Source: Lingula anatina (taxonomy: Eukaryota; Animalia; Brachiopoda). From it: DNA of 64,000 nt. Under the pieces are notes generated by a model. It had not been told where the DNA came from. It worked only from the letters and a program-made list of their open reading frames with translations, and did no database searches. Below, piece by piece: positions 52,749 to 64,000 of the stretch; within the stretch, counting starts at the first letter, position 1; each line of letters starts with the position of its first letter. Both the position numbers and the translations under genes were made by a program. The stretch lies in assembly GCA_051362555.1 (NCBI GenBank), contig CM120642.1, positions 18,414,001 through 18,478,000 on the forward strand, read 5' to 3'.

Positions 52749-55700
52749 ATTCATATGGATATTATACAAGGCTTTTGTTGTTTGGAATTAGGCAAAAATG
52801 GTCGTTTTCAAATTTGCAAAGAAGCGATTACAGTACAAATATTCATTGGAAATCGCAGTAGTATTAACATTAATTAATATTACACAAAACGCAGTTCTAA
52901 AAAATTGTTACAATGACCACGAATATCATTGATGCCAATAAACTCACAATCAATGATAAAAATCGAGTATTGAATTCTGTCATGTAAATGAACCGTCACT
53001 CAACCTATATTGATTTACTCGAAATATTTTGATGTGTTGAAATATAATAAATGGTCGTTCCACATTAAAAAAAAAACATTTGAGTGTCGTCAGGGACGCA
53101 AACATTTTGTTTGAAATTGCATTATTTTGACTTGTCTCATTATTTTCGCTGTTTTAAACTATAGTTGCCTCCAATAGGGAAAGAAATCAACAGAAATTAT
53201 AAAGTGGTATAAAACAGTTACAAAATTATTACACAAAATGTGCTTCACTGGCAAGAGTCAAATGCAAGAGTTGTGGAATGACCCAGGAAACATTTTGACC
53301 ACTCTTACATTACGTTATTGAACAATAAAGATTTTTTGCATTTTTTCTGAGCATATGAAAAACATACATGAATACGCACAGATAAAATTGCCATCTCTCC
53401 CCATCTGAATATAGATATAAGGGCAAAGTAATTCCAGTGTCTCTTTCATCTACATGCATAAAGAGGCGCGGCCTCAGTCCTATTTGATGATATATTAACC
53501 TCAGTGGAAGTAACATAACCAAATAAAGAACGAAATACATATCCGTCTGTTACATGTGTGCTGCATAGTTAAAAAGTCGCGGCATATCTATTCAATTAAG
53601 AGGGTTATTAACGTCACCGCCACACGTTAAATCACCACAGACAGTGCCGCCATTAAGTCCGCGTAATAAGCACGAGATATACTGCTTGTAAGCGCATCAA
53701 TCTGGCCTCTTGAAAGAGCTTCATCTGTTACCTTGGGGTTGCTATCGGTTGGGATTTTGGGTATAGACAAAGTGGAACATGAGGTTTAGGTTTCGATTGG
53801 TTATAAATTGATGATGCCAAACGCTGTGCTGTCTTTTGCATTCGAATATTGGATCATATTTTTTACAAAGTATATCCGCTAAAACGAGAAATTTTAGCAT
53901 TGTTGTTGAAAAATCTTTTAAATTAACAACGTGTTTCTAATACATGACACTGAAGAAATCACAAGTATTGAATTGACTGCGAATGTATATATATATCATC
54001 ACAGACGGTGTTTGTTATTTTATTATATATATAATTTTATTCATCTGTAAACGTTATTTTTCTACTACCGCTGCCGGCCAAATGCAATACTGTCCTTGTC
54101 CTTGTAATTCCGCTGTTCGACTTTTAGAGACAAATTAATCATTTGTAACAGTTGAATAAAAGATTAAATAGGTTCATTCCGACTCGGTGACTCTATGTAA
54201 TTCAAAGAAAAATCAATCCAACAAAGAAATAACTGCGTTTTTTTTTCGAAATGAATTTGAGACAAAAGTAATGTTAGGGATTAAACGGCATTAAATGAAA
54301 ACATCGAGTCGATGCAACAATATCTTCTAGGTCAATACATGGCCATACGGGTGGTTTGGGAAACCATGGGTAATAGTCCCAAGGGAAAAAATGATTGGTT
54401 CGACTTTCAAGCTACATTTCCCCTTCGTCTCCTAGTCTAATTGCAAAATGGACTTGTAAACGGAACGGTTAGATTCCCAAATGCTTTCGGGAGGAGGAAA
54501 TTACAACCTTTTAAAGGACTCGAAGGAAGGTGCGTTCTATTTTTATCACGCTCACGAAAGCGAGGGGCTGCCATTGAGATCTTGCTTGTAAGGTTTTGCT
54601 GAACGCACTTTATTTACATAAACAACTTTTTTAATTGTTTCTGGTCCTAAATGTTTATTTATTGCATGATTATTGCCATTTTGACATTTATGTTTAGATT
54701 TTACTTACAAGCAATTCCGTGTATGTATAATGTCGACCGACTATAATATAATTGCTATGTCTTTAACATATTTAAATGTATTCTGTACAATGTTTTCGGG
54801 CTCAAGTGTGTTCAAACATGACACTATCGGCAAAGCGTATGTGTTTCTGACATATAAAACGTTACATAACAGAACAGATAAATGCCTGAATATCAGTAAA
54901 ATCTACCACGTTTTGAGCTGCAGAAAGGTTTGATATAAATATCTCTCTGAAAAGAATTAAAATCTAGAAATCACTGACATTTTTCTACCCTATCACAAAA
55001 ATCTTCCACAGGCATTATTTCTTGTCTCTCAAAGAACCCTTCATTCACTTACGTGTATAGTTAGCTTAAATGGTAATTAAAAAAGTACAATTATATTTAT
55101 CTAGAACATCTCAAGTAGGATTTGTTTCAGTGTATTTCTTAAGCCGTGTTCAAGTACCGTTCCGATCTTCCTCTTAGAGACGGTCTCCAGTAGTCGAAGC
55201 CTACAGAATAGCGGTCTTCTCCGTAGGGACAGAGTTGATTTTATTATCAACCCTTAGTTAAACTAAAAGCATGTGTTTTCTCAATCGTTTCAAGACGTCA
55301 GCAGCAATAAATCACGTTAGGAGCGGTGATTGATAATTTGCCTTATAGGATATCCCACTATTGGTGATCTTAATTACGAGTTAACAAGGTTTGTCGTACT
55401 AATGCACAAGATAATGCGCTGTAAATTGCGTATAGATTGACAAATAAGCGAAGTGATTTACCATGATAAAAAGAGGAAATTGTCCCAGGAAATCTAGGTG
55501 CATATCCGATTCAAATACAGATCCAATTTGTATGACTTAACTTCAGTTGTTGATCGTTAAGTGAGTGCTCTTCAATATTCTTTTTAAAACGAAACCAACC
55601 ACACAATCTAAAGACGAAAAGGCGACAGGAAACCAGTTGCAAACTATTTTGGAATCTTAACTTCCAGCTTGCTACATTTCATACACTACCTTTAGTATTG

Positions 55701-56610
55701 CCAAGCGTATGCTGATACAGCTGTGTTTAGGGCTAATGGAATTGTCACTGAATACAGATAAACCGACTTAAAACGAATACGTTAGAACATTTAAATGGCT
55801 TATACTCAAACTACAATAACCGTTATAAGAACGAAATGAGACTCAAGTATCAAAAGCAATTTTCTCTATCATCTTAGTCGAAGGAATTATAAAACGATTG
55901 AATGAATGCATGGGTAAAGATAGATAGATAGATAGGTAGACAGATAGATAGATAGATAAATGAAGTAATAAGGCAAAAAATGCATAAAACGGTTAGTGAA
56001 TTAGAAAGAGAAATGCAGACCGACAAAAAAAATGAAGAGGGTCATAGGTAAACAAACAAACAAATGGTTGAATGAAGAAATGATTGAATACACAGATAAA
56101 TAAATAAATAAATAAACAGACAAACAAATAAATGAATAAGATGAAAAAGCGTCATGAACATTATGAACACCACCGACACCATAATGTACTAGTGGTTGCG
56201 TGGTCGTCTTAGTTGCTTTACAGTTTTTTTTTATTCAATGAAAAAACCAAAGTTTACATAGTCACTAAGTACTTTGTTTGATATAACTTAAAGATAATAT
56301 CATCAATTTAATGTCAACAACCTCCGAGTTGAATGTTGAATAAAAGCCATATAAAAAATTCTCTCGCAATATCTAAAAAAAATATCTTAATTATAATATA
56401 CAGCGATTCTATCTAATAATAATTTTTCCTGCTAATTTCCATAAGTACAAAATAACCTTTTCAAACTGTTTTTGTGTTACTGTTAAATTATTTACCCTTG
56501 CCATTTTGTTTTACAGATTCTTTATCAAACAGAAAAAAGTCATGGAAGTCTTTTTTGTAGCTTAATTAAGAAAATCACACATTTAATATTGAAGGAAGTA
56601 GAATTTATTT

Positions 56611-56649
<39 letters not shown>

Positions 56650-57466
56650 TGGATTACACATTGATATCTTTAATTTACTTCAACACAAACACACGGGGAA
56701 AACATTTTGTTCAATTAACACCACCTACACTGCACAGCCTAGGAGGTCTTTGTTGTTTTTCTAAAATCAAACTCGAAAAAGCCCACGCATATTTGACACA
56801 CTATATTTCAAGTTATTTGCAAAGTTAATTGAACAGTGCCACGTACACAACGCGATCATAAATCCTGTCTACGATACATAATAACTTTTAAGTATAATAA
56901 TACTTATAAGTATATTGTCTTGCATATTTACAATGCACAGAAAGGTACTCAAAATTGACAGTAAAAAATGTAGGAAAATCTCAATACCTCAAACGCCGAG
57001 TCCCTTTTAATTCCACACTGCTAACATGTAGTTGAAAACACATCGACCTAAATTTGGAATTTGATTGACAACGCATTCCGTTTTTTTGAAAAGATATATA
57101 ACACTTATTTTAATCTGGGACAACTTCTTTTAGCACGCAGTCTACAATGCTGTGCTATTTTAGACAGTCCCATTCGGGCTATCAACACATCACTCCGCCA
57201 CAGGTCACAGGATCACATATATAAAGAAATATCAGATGTGCCCTAATTATGATGAACTCTGGAATTCACTCAGAAACACTAGGTCACATACGAGGGGAAT
57301 AGTTAAGGCCGACCGATCAATGAAAGTCACAATCACACAGCAGTTACGCGTTGAAAATGCGTTTGCGATGATGTAGATGAACATATCGAAAAGATGTGCA
57401 CAATCATTGCTGCTGAAGCAGTTTGTAATGCTTTAAAGCGATAGAGGGTAGTCTGGTGAATAATTG

Positions 57467-57506
57467 TTTAAAGCATGGACATAATGAGTTATGTCCATGT
57501 TTAAAG
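57467..57506. mobile_element. 26-bp CATG..CATG inverted-repeat remnant flanked by 7-bp TSD (P-element-like footprint)
   Basis: TTTAAAG-CATGGACATAA-tgag-TTATGTCCATG-TTTAAAG. The paralogous site at 62159-62165 has a single TTTATAG. Confidence 0.7.
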
Positions 57507-58038
57507 GGAATAGAGTGAATATCTGATGCAAAAATACTCCCTGGACAAGTTTTATCGTACATCCAACACAATGCTATTAATCATCTATGTTCACGTTATC
57601 TTTTAATTCATAACAAGAAAATCAAACTTTTTCAAGTGCATTAGAAGGATGTTTTGGAATACTGACGGTAAGTCATTGCCGGTTTTCATTTGCGGGCGGT
57701 ATATATCTGAAATAATGTCGTTTTTTTAAAAACAATTTTAATTAAAATTAAAATTAATTAAAATTAAGTTTAAATGCATTTATAGATGTAAGTTAATGGT
57801 AACTTTTAGTCACTCAACGCTAATCAATCAATTAAGAGTCTCACTTTATTTTGATATACAGAATTACCCCCTACATAGCAATCTCATTTCTGAATTTACA
57901 TACATGTAGTTTCACTAAAACGAAAGTTCCCCAAACCAAAGTTCTAAATTAACAGTAAAGAAAACTACAGTACTTTAAATTGCTGTTCTACTTTCATTTT
58001 CTCAAACATATCTTTCCGATTTCCAAAACTCTTTCATT

Positions 58039-60506
58039 TTATAGGCTTAGGTAAAGGTGGCCCAACTCGGTCAATTGGCCATTGGTGTCGATGAGACTGA
58101 TGGTTGGGCATAGAAAGCTTCCCAGACAGCTTTGAAGGCGGTGTGCAAACCAAGCGTACCTGTAGATGAAAGAAGACTTCTCCAACATGGGAATGGCCGC
58201 GCGCATGAAATTCTTGATTGGCGTAGCGTCGTACCTCGTCCAGGGACAGGAGAATTCCGTCACCCAGAGTGGTTTTTTCACCTGATTATAGACGGCGCCA
58301 AGGAAGCCCAAGAGGTCGTAGGCGTTGCAGGTATAGTGATGGGTTGCGACGTAATCGATGCGGCAGCCGCCCAGCTGGTTGCAGCGCGCGAAGAATCTCG
58401 TGAACCATGTTGACAATTGCATGTTGCATGTGTTTTTGTCGTTTGTGTCGCAGGGCGCGGCGGCAGGGCTGACCATCTTGACATTGGCGGGGACGTTTTT
58501 CTGAAGTTGAACCCATTTCTCTGCTGCCAACTCCGGGCTGATGTTGGATTGGGCTCTGAAGTTCGGCTCGTTAAACCCTGGGGAACAATTATGAAAGTTT
58601 GAAATACTTATTTTTATCAACTTGCGGTACATTTACCGGATCAGTTCTTATTATTGATAGTTACACATTCTGGAATGACAAATTGGTAAACACATTACCG
58701 GTACGTGGGGCTCACGTGATGTCGTAACAAAGTGATAGTCACGTGGCTCCCACGTTGTTTCTGCTGAGTGCATGTGACTTTCTGTACAAAGTGCTGCAAA
58801 TTCATTATATCCTAGCTTTTTTACATTTCTCAGAAAATCTCTAATAGTTAATAGACATGAATACACGTGCACAAAAAGAGCGTAGACCACAAGTTCAACG
58901 TATTGTTGCTCATTGATAATATGGTGAATCCAGTAAGTTTTGGTTTAAGGATTTTCCTCTTAGGGACCATTCCCACAGTTATTTGGATAGATCTATCTCC
59001 CTGGGAGTCCACTAAATTGCTATCAAGCTTACCGGCTTAAATGTCTGTCACGCCTAGTAAAGCTGTTAGGGGGTAATTATCTTTACCCCCTGGCTGATTT
59101 GGTAGGTATGACAGACATTTAAGCCGGTTAAGTTGACAGTATTTAGTGAGACTCCCCATGGCCATGTCTTACCCAGCAAGTATTTGTTTCCTCTGATGTT
59201 AGTTATCATTGGCACGTGAGCCAGGTTCCACAACATGGGTACGTATTCCAAGCTGTCGTCTGTAGTACACTGGTCTTTGCCGCTTACCCGCCAATCATAC
59301 CTAGATTAAATTAAATAAAGTTAAATTAAATATTAAAATATAAGATTAAATATGAATACATATAGGAAAATTGCAATAATATTGATATATAACTAGATAG
59401 AAATTAAACATTAAGAGAGCGTAGACCACTACCAAGGGACCTCAATTACCATTATTGGTAACTTAATTGATGAATGAAATATCAACCAAATCCTATCGAT
59501 TCCAAGTTAGCCCACTTCCGATCTCTTCTGAAAATGTCATCAAAATCCATCCATAAGTTTTTAACTTAGGCTACTAACCTCAAGATGACCATGATGTGTT
59601 ATTTATTAAGGGAGGTAGGGGAGGGGAAAGAGCATTGGAGAAAAGCAAAATATAAAATACTTGAAGAGGATATGCTGTATCCCATTTAGCTTGTTGAACT
59701 ATTTATTAATTCTTCTTCTTCCTATATATATATATATATTTTTTTTTTTTTGGGGGGGGGGGGGGAGGGGGGGGCAAAGGGAGAGAAAAGGGTATCGAAA
59801 AGCGGAAGAGTCACGGTGGTTTTTCTGTGCCCAGTATTTCACGAATCACTACATTAGTTTGAACATGCGGCTCATCGATTCGACTTTATCAGAGCTCAGC
59901 ATTTGCCATAGTGTTCATTTCACCAACAATATTATTTTTGTCAGCAGGCAATTTCAACTTGTAGTTTAAGGAAAATTAACAACTATGAAAAAGATGAAAA
60001 AACAGTGCGGTATAAATTATACAGTATTTAACCGGAACTGCCCATTCGCAAACTTAATACAGTATATTCTTTAAACGCAATGTAGAATCAACCAGCCCCA
60101 CTAAGGAAGTATTTGTCTGTGGATATCACCAGGGAGACGGAATGAAATGACTCCATTCGACGGAAATGTTCAAGAAAGAAATTTTACATCCGCGTTCGTC
60201 ACTATTTATGTTTTCTTCCTAGCAGTGAAATCCTCCAATAGAGAATTCAGGATTGTGCTTTCCTTTGTTGAAGTACTAGTTGTTTTTATTACTAGTTGTG
60301 TCTGTTAGATACTCTAAATCATTTATATCCTATTTATATAGGCCTACATTCACTTACCACCATGCCAGTTTCCCAACAAATGGAGTGAAATCCCTGCATT
60401 TGAGATCCTGCCATCCAAAACCTAGTCCTTTCTTGTAAGACACACCAGTTACTGAAGCAACTGCGATGGCCAAGAATAGCAGCGTCCACCCGAGCTTTTC
60501 TGTCAT
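58039..60506 (-). CDS. Secreted glycoside hydrolase family 128 (Glyco_hydro_cc/Asl1-like) putative beta-1,3-glucanase, copy 1, 3 coding exons, 271 aa
   Basis: Exons (minus) 60506-60358, 59300-59173, 58577-58039 (816 nt, GT-AG, phases 2 and 1 consistent). Signal peptide MTEKLGWTLLFLAIAVASVTG. Motifs KKG, WWYDW, EYVPMLW, LLGFNEP (acid/base Glu), VSPA, HHY, KPLWVTEF (nucleophile Glu), RYAWF, LTELG.LY are typical of GH128. Confidence 0.88.
58963..59158. mobile_element. Foldback MITE fragment in GH128 copy-1 intron 2
   Basis: Begins after TTA with gggaccattccca. Long imperfect inverted arms 59003-59056 and 59103-59157. Homologous to 61763-61987 and absent from the paralogous intron. Confidence 0.7.
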
Positions 60507-61762
60507 TTCTTTATATAAATGAAGAATGCAGTGAAAAAAAAAACAAAACATAAAGCATGCAACGTTTGCCAAGAAAAACACGATTTTTGAAACTGAAAAA
60601 GATTTTAAAAAATAGTAGAATTTTCAGTATGAAAAAAGTAATTGATAATTTAATTAAACAAATTCAAAAATAGCTGGCATAAAATGAAAGATTTAAAGAA
60701 CGATGCCTTCAGAAAATCAGAAATATATAATATATCACTAAAACCTACTTCTACACCTTAAACCTGGTCGCAATTGAGAAGAGCACATTTGTTCAGTGCC
60801 TAATATATCTACATACATTTATGTAACCCTAGACATAATCCCCGTGGCATTGGACAGGTGGGCTGATCCTTGTACATGTACGTGCTGGAAAGGTCATCGT
60901 CCAGGCAAGTGGGGTCTATAGAAATAGAACCTGAATCGATTGCCATTATTTGAGGTTTTACAGGGCCAATCCTTATCAGTTTCTGGCGTATCACTTGCCC
61001 ATTTTCCGAATATTGCGAAATTGCGCAATATAATTGTCTGCAATGTGGGCGAAGTTATAAGTTGGCGGCACGAACGGAAAACGGTTCCAAAGGTTACAAG
61101 ATAAACAAACAGATAAATAAATAAATAAATAAATAACATGAAAAAGCGTGATGAACATTATGAACACCACCACCGCGTCGACTAGTAGCAGCGTGGTCGT
61201 CCTAGTCGCTTTAATTTTTTTTTTTTCGTCATTCAATGAGTAAGCCCACGCATATTTCACACACTATATGAACAGTCATTTGCAAGTGTAACAGAACAGT
61301 GACATGTACACACGTACCTTTAAACGCGATCACATATGCTGTTTACGATACATAGTAACTTAAAATTTACCGTTTTATATATGGACAGTGCACAGTTAAG
61401 TTACTCAAAACTGAGAGTAAAGATTGTAAGAAAATCTCAATACCTCAAACGCCGAGCCCCCTTTATTTCCACGCTGCTTACATCTAGTTGAAAACACATC
61501 GACCTAAATTTGGAATTTGATTGGCAACGCATTTTATTTTTGCACACATATATAACACTTATCTTAAGCTGGTACAGCTTCTTTTAGCACGCAGTCTACA
61601 CAACAGTGCTATGCTATTTTAGTTTCATTCGGGCTATCAGTACATCAATCCGCTACAGGTCACGGGATCATATATATATAAAGAAATATTAGATGTGCCC
61701 TTATTATGATGAACTCTGGATTTCACTCAGAACTACTAGGTCACATACGAAGGGAAAAGTAA

Positions 61763-61987
61763 CACCCCATTTCCATAGATTTTTAGATCGATCTATCCCT
61801 GTGGGGAGTCTCACTAAATTACTGTCAGCTTGGCCGGCTTAAGCGTCTGTCCCGCCTACAAAAAGCTGTAAGGGGTAATTAAATATGGTGCCCACTCGGC
61901 TGACTGCAATTTAGCGTGAACCCGCAGGGAGTTAGGTCGATCTAAAACTTAATCTTTAGATCGATCTAAACCTCTGGGAAAGCACCC
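61763..61987. mobile_element. MITE with TAA TSD (PIF/Harbinger/Tourist-like), same family as 58963-59158
   Basis: TAA at 61760-62 and 61988-90. Inverted tttagatcgatcta motifs near both ends. Absent at the paralogous site (~57303, agTTAAggccgacc). Confidence 0.75.
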
Positions 61988-62455
61988 TAAGACCGACCGA
62001 TCAATGCAAGTCACAATCACACAGCAGCTACGCGTTGAAAATGCGTTAGCGATGATGCAGATGAGCACAATCGGAGAAGTGCGCACTGAAACAATCATTG
62101 CTGGTGCAGCAATTTGACATGCTTTAAAGCGATAGAGGGTAAGTTTGGTGCATAAATGTTTATAGGAATAGAGTGCATATCTAGTGCATCCAACACAATG
62201 CTATTGATCATCTACGTTCACATTATATTTTCATCATAACAAGAAATTCAAACTTTTTCTGGAACATTAGATATACAGAATGACCCCATACATAGCAATC
62301 TCATCTTTGAATTTACATACATGTAATTTCACTAAAACGAAAGTTCCCCAAACCAAAGTTCTAAATTAACAGTAAAGAAAACTACAGTACTTTTAATTGC
62401 TGTACTACTTTCATTTGCTCAAAAATATCTCTCTGATTTCCAAAACTCTTTCATT

Positions 62456-63740
62456 TTATAGGCTAAGATAGAGGCGGCCCAACTCGGTCAATTGGCCATT
62501 GGTGTCGATGAGACTGATGGTTGGGCATAGAAAGCTTCCCTGACAGCTTGGAAGGCGGTGCTCAAACCAAGCGTACCTGTAGATGAATGAAGACCTCTCC
62601 AGCATGGGGATGGCCGCGCGCATGAAATTCTTGATTGGCGTAGCGTCATATCTCGTCCAGGGGCACGAGAATTCCGTCACCCAGAGTGGTTTTTTCACCT
62701 GATTATAGACGGCGCCAAGATAGCCCAAGAGGTCGTAGGCGTTGCAGGTATAGTGATGGGTGGCAACGTAATCGATGCGGCAGCCGCCCAGTTGGTTGCA
62801 GCGGGCAAAGAATCTCGTGAACCACGTGGAGAATTGCATATTGCACGTATTTTTGTCGTTGGTGTCGCAGGGCGCGGCGGCAGGACTGACCATCTTGACA
62901 TTGGCGGGGACGTTCTTCTGAAGTTGAACCCATTTCTCTGCTGCCAACTCCGGACTGATGTTGGCTTGGACTCTGAAGTTCGGCTCGTTAAACCCTGGGG
63001 AAGAATTATGAAAGTTTGAAATTCTTATTTTTATCAACTTGCGGTGCATTCATCTGATCAACTCTTATTATTGCTGGTTACACATTCTGGAATGACAAAT
63101 TGGTAAACACATTACCGGTGCGTGGGGCTCACGTGATGTCGTAACAAAGTGATAGTCACGTGGCTCCCACGTTGTTTCTGCTGAGTGCATGTGGCTTTCT
63201 GTACAAAGTGCTGCAAATACATTTTTATCCTAGCTTTTTTACATTTCTCAGAAAATCACTGAATTAATAGCCATAAATGCACGTGCACAAAAAGAGCGTA
63301 GACCACAAGTTTACCGTATTGTTGCTCATTGATAATTTGGTGATCTCGGACCAATAAATTTTGGTGTTATGTTTCTCCTCTTAAAAAGGAAGTAAAGGAC
63401 TATGGCCTTACTCACCCTGCAAATTAACCAACATACGGTTGTTTCAACTTATGCACTCCCTTTAGACTCGACCATCCTTTCTTTACCTTTAAGTTGCTAT
63501 TATTATTAATTTAGTATCTGTGTCATACAGTTATACTGTGCCCCTTTCCTTTTCCCTTTTTTGTGGCTTAATAACAAATGCTTCATTTGAAATAGCGGAC
63601 GCCATGTCTTACCCAGCACGTATTTGTTTCCTCTGATGTTGGTTATCATTGGCACGTGATCCAGGCCCCAGAACATGGGTACGTATTCCAGGCTGTCGTC
63701 TGTAGTACACTGGTCTTTGCCGCTTACTCGCCAATCATAC
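62456..63740 (-). CDS. GH128 putative beta-1,3-glucanase, copy 2 (5'-partial; exons 2 and 3 in window)
   Basis: Exons (minus) 63740-63613 and 62994-62456 have the same lengths and phases as copy 1. Both catalytic Glu motifs (GFNEP, WVTEF) are intact. 13 amino-acid differences from copy 1 over these exons. Confidence 0.87.
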
Positions 63741-63927
63741 CTAAATTAAATATGAATACTTATATGAAAATTCTGATTATATTGATACGTAACTAGAAAT
63801 TAAGCACTGCACTTAGAGAGCGCAATTCCCATCACTGGAAATTTTATTGATGATTGATAAATCACCAAAATCCAATTAATTCCAAGTTAGCCCACTCTTC
63901 TGAAAACTTTGTCAAAATCCGTCCATA

Positions 63928-64000
63928 CACTGTAAAAACAGTGTTTAGCATTTAAATACATACAACACACGTTAGGCACCTATACGCATTTAGAAATCTA
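63928..64000. mobile_element. Start of a probable CACTG-terminal (CMC/EnSpm-like) insertion, truncated by the window edge
   Basis: Similarity to unit 1 (caaaatcc.tccata) stops abruptly at 63927, and the sequence continues CACTGTAAAAA. Confidence 0.4.

Larger units (their letters stand above)
56090..63927. repeat. Head-to-tail tandem segmental duplication (unit 1 ~56090-61100; unit 2 ~61100 to beyond window) carrying the GH128 genes
   Basis: Collinear high-identity blocks: 56140~61138 (atgaaaaagcgt.atgaacattatgaacaccacc), 56975~61428, 57310~61991, 57860~62273, exon 3 58039~62456, exon 2 59173~63613. Confidence 0.9.

Noticed and set aside
58039-58577. GC-rich GH128 exon as bacterial or fungal contamination
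   Set aside because: Spliceosomal introns with host-like AT-rich composition, host MITEs and contiguity with BarH argue for genuine integration. BarH exon 2 is similarly GC-rich, so GC content alone is not evidence of HGT.
58132-58602. Alternative-frame and antisense ORFs over GH128 exon 3 (and 62695-63019)
   Set aside because: By-products of the GC-rich coding exon.
58578-58632. N-terminal extension MYRKLIKISIS... of the 197-aa ORF (also 62995-63049)
   Set aside because: Intronic. The real frame is entered through the acceptor at 58578/62995 from upstream exons.

Overview
Eukaryotic, AT-rich, intron-rich genomic DNA from a bilaterian invertebrate. It looks lophotrochozoan or mollusc-like, but the species cannot be fixed from sequence alone. 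I assembled five spliced genes by hand from GT-AG junctions with consistent phases. (1) The 3' 16 exons of the DEAD-box helicase DDX31/Dbp7 (+, 115-8371). (2) A complete 6-exon CFAP77 ciliary gene (+, 24344-32253). (3) A complete 3-exon BarH/BARHL homeobox gene (+, 44272-51757). (4, 5) Two head-to-tail, recently duplicated GH128-type beta-1,3-glucanase genes on the minus strand: one complete and secreted (58039-60506), one running off the window (62456-63740+). DDX31, CFAP77 and BARHL1 are also neighbours at human 9q34, so this looks like an ancient microsyntenic or regulatory block. Its large non-coding intervals carry homeodomain-site clusters, RFX X-boxes and CTCF-like motifs. Comparing the two GH128 paralogous units exposes several transposon events: a P-element-like excision footprint, two related foldback MITEs and a CACTG-ended insertion. 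I recognised no tRNA, rRNA or CRISPR features.
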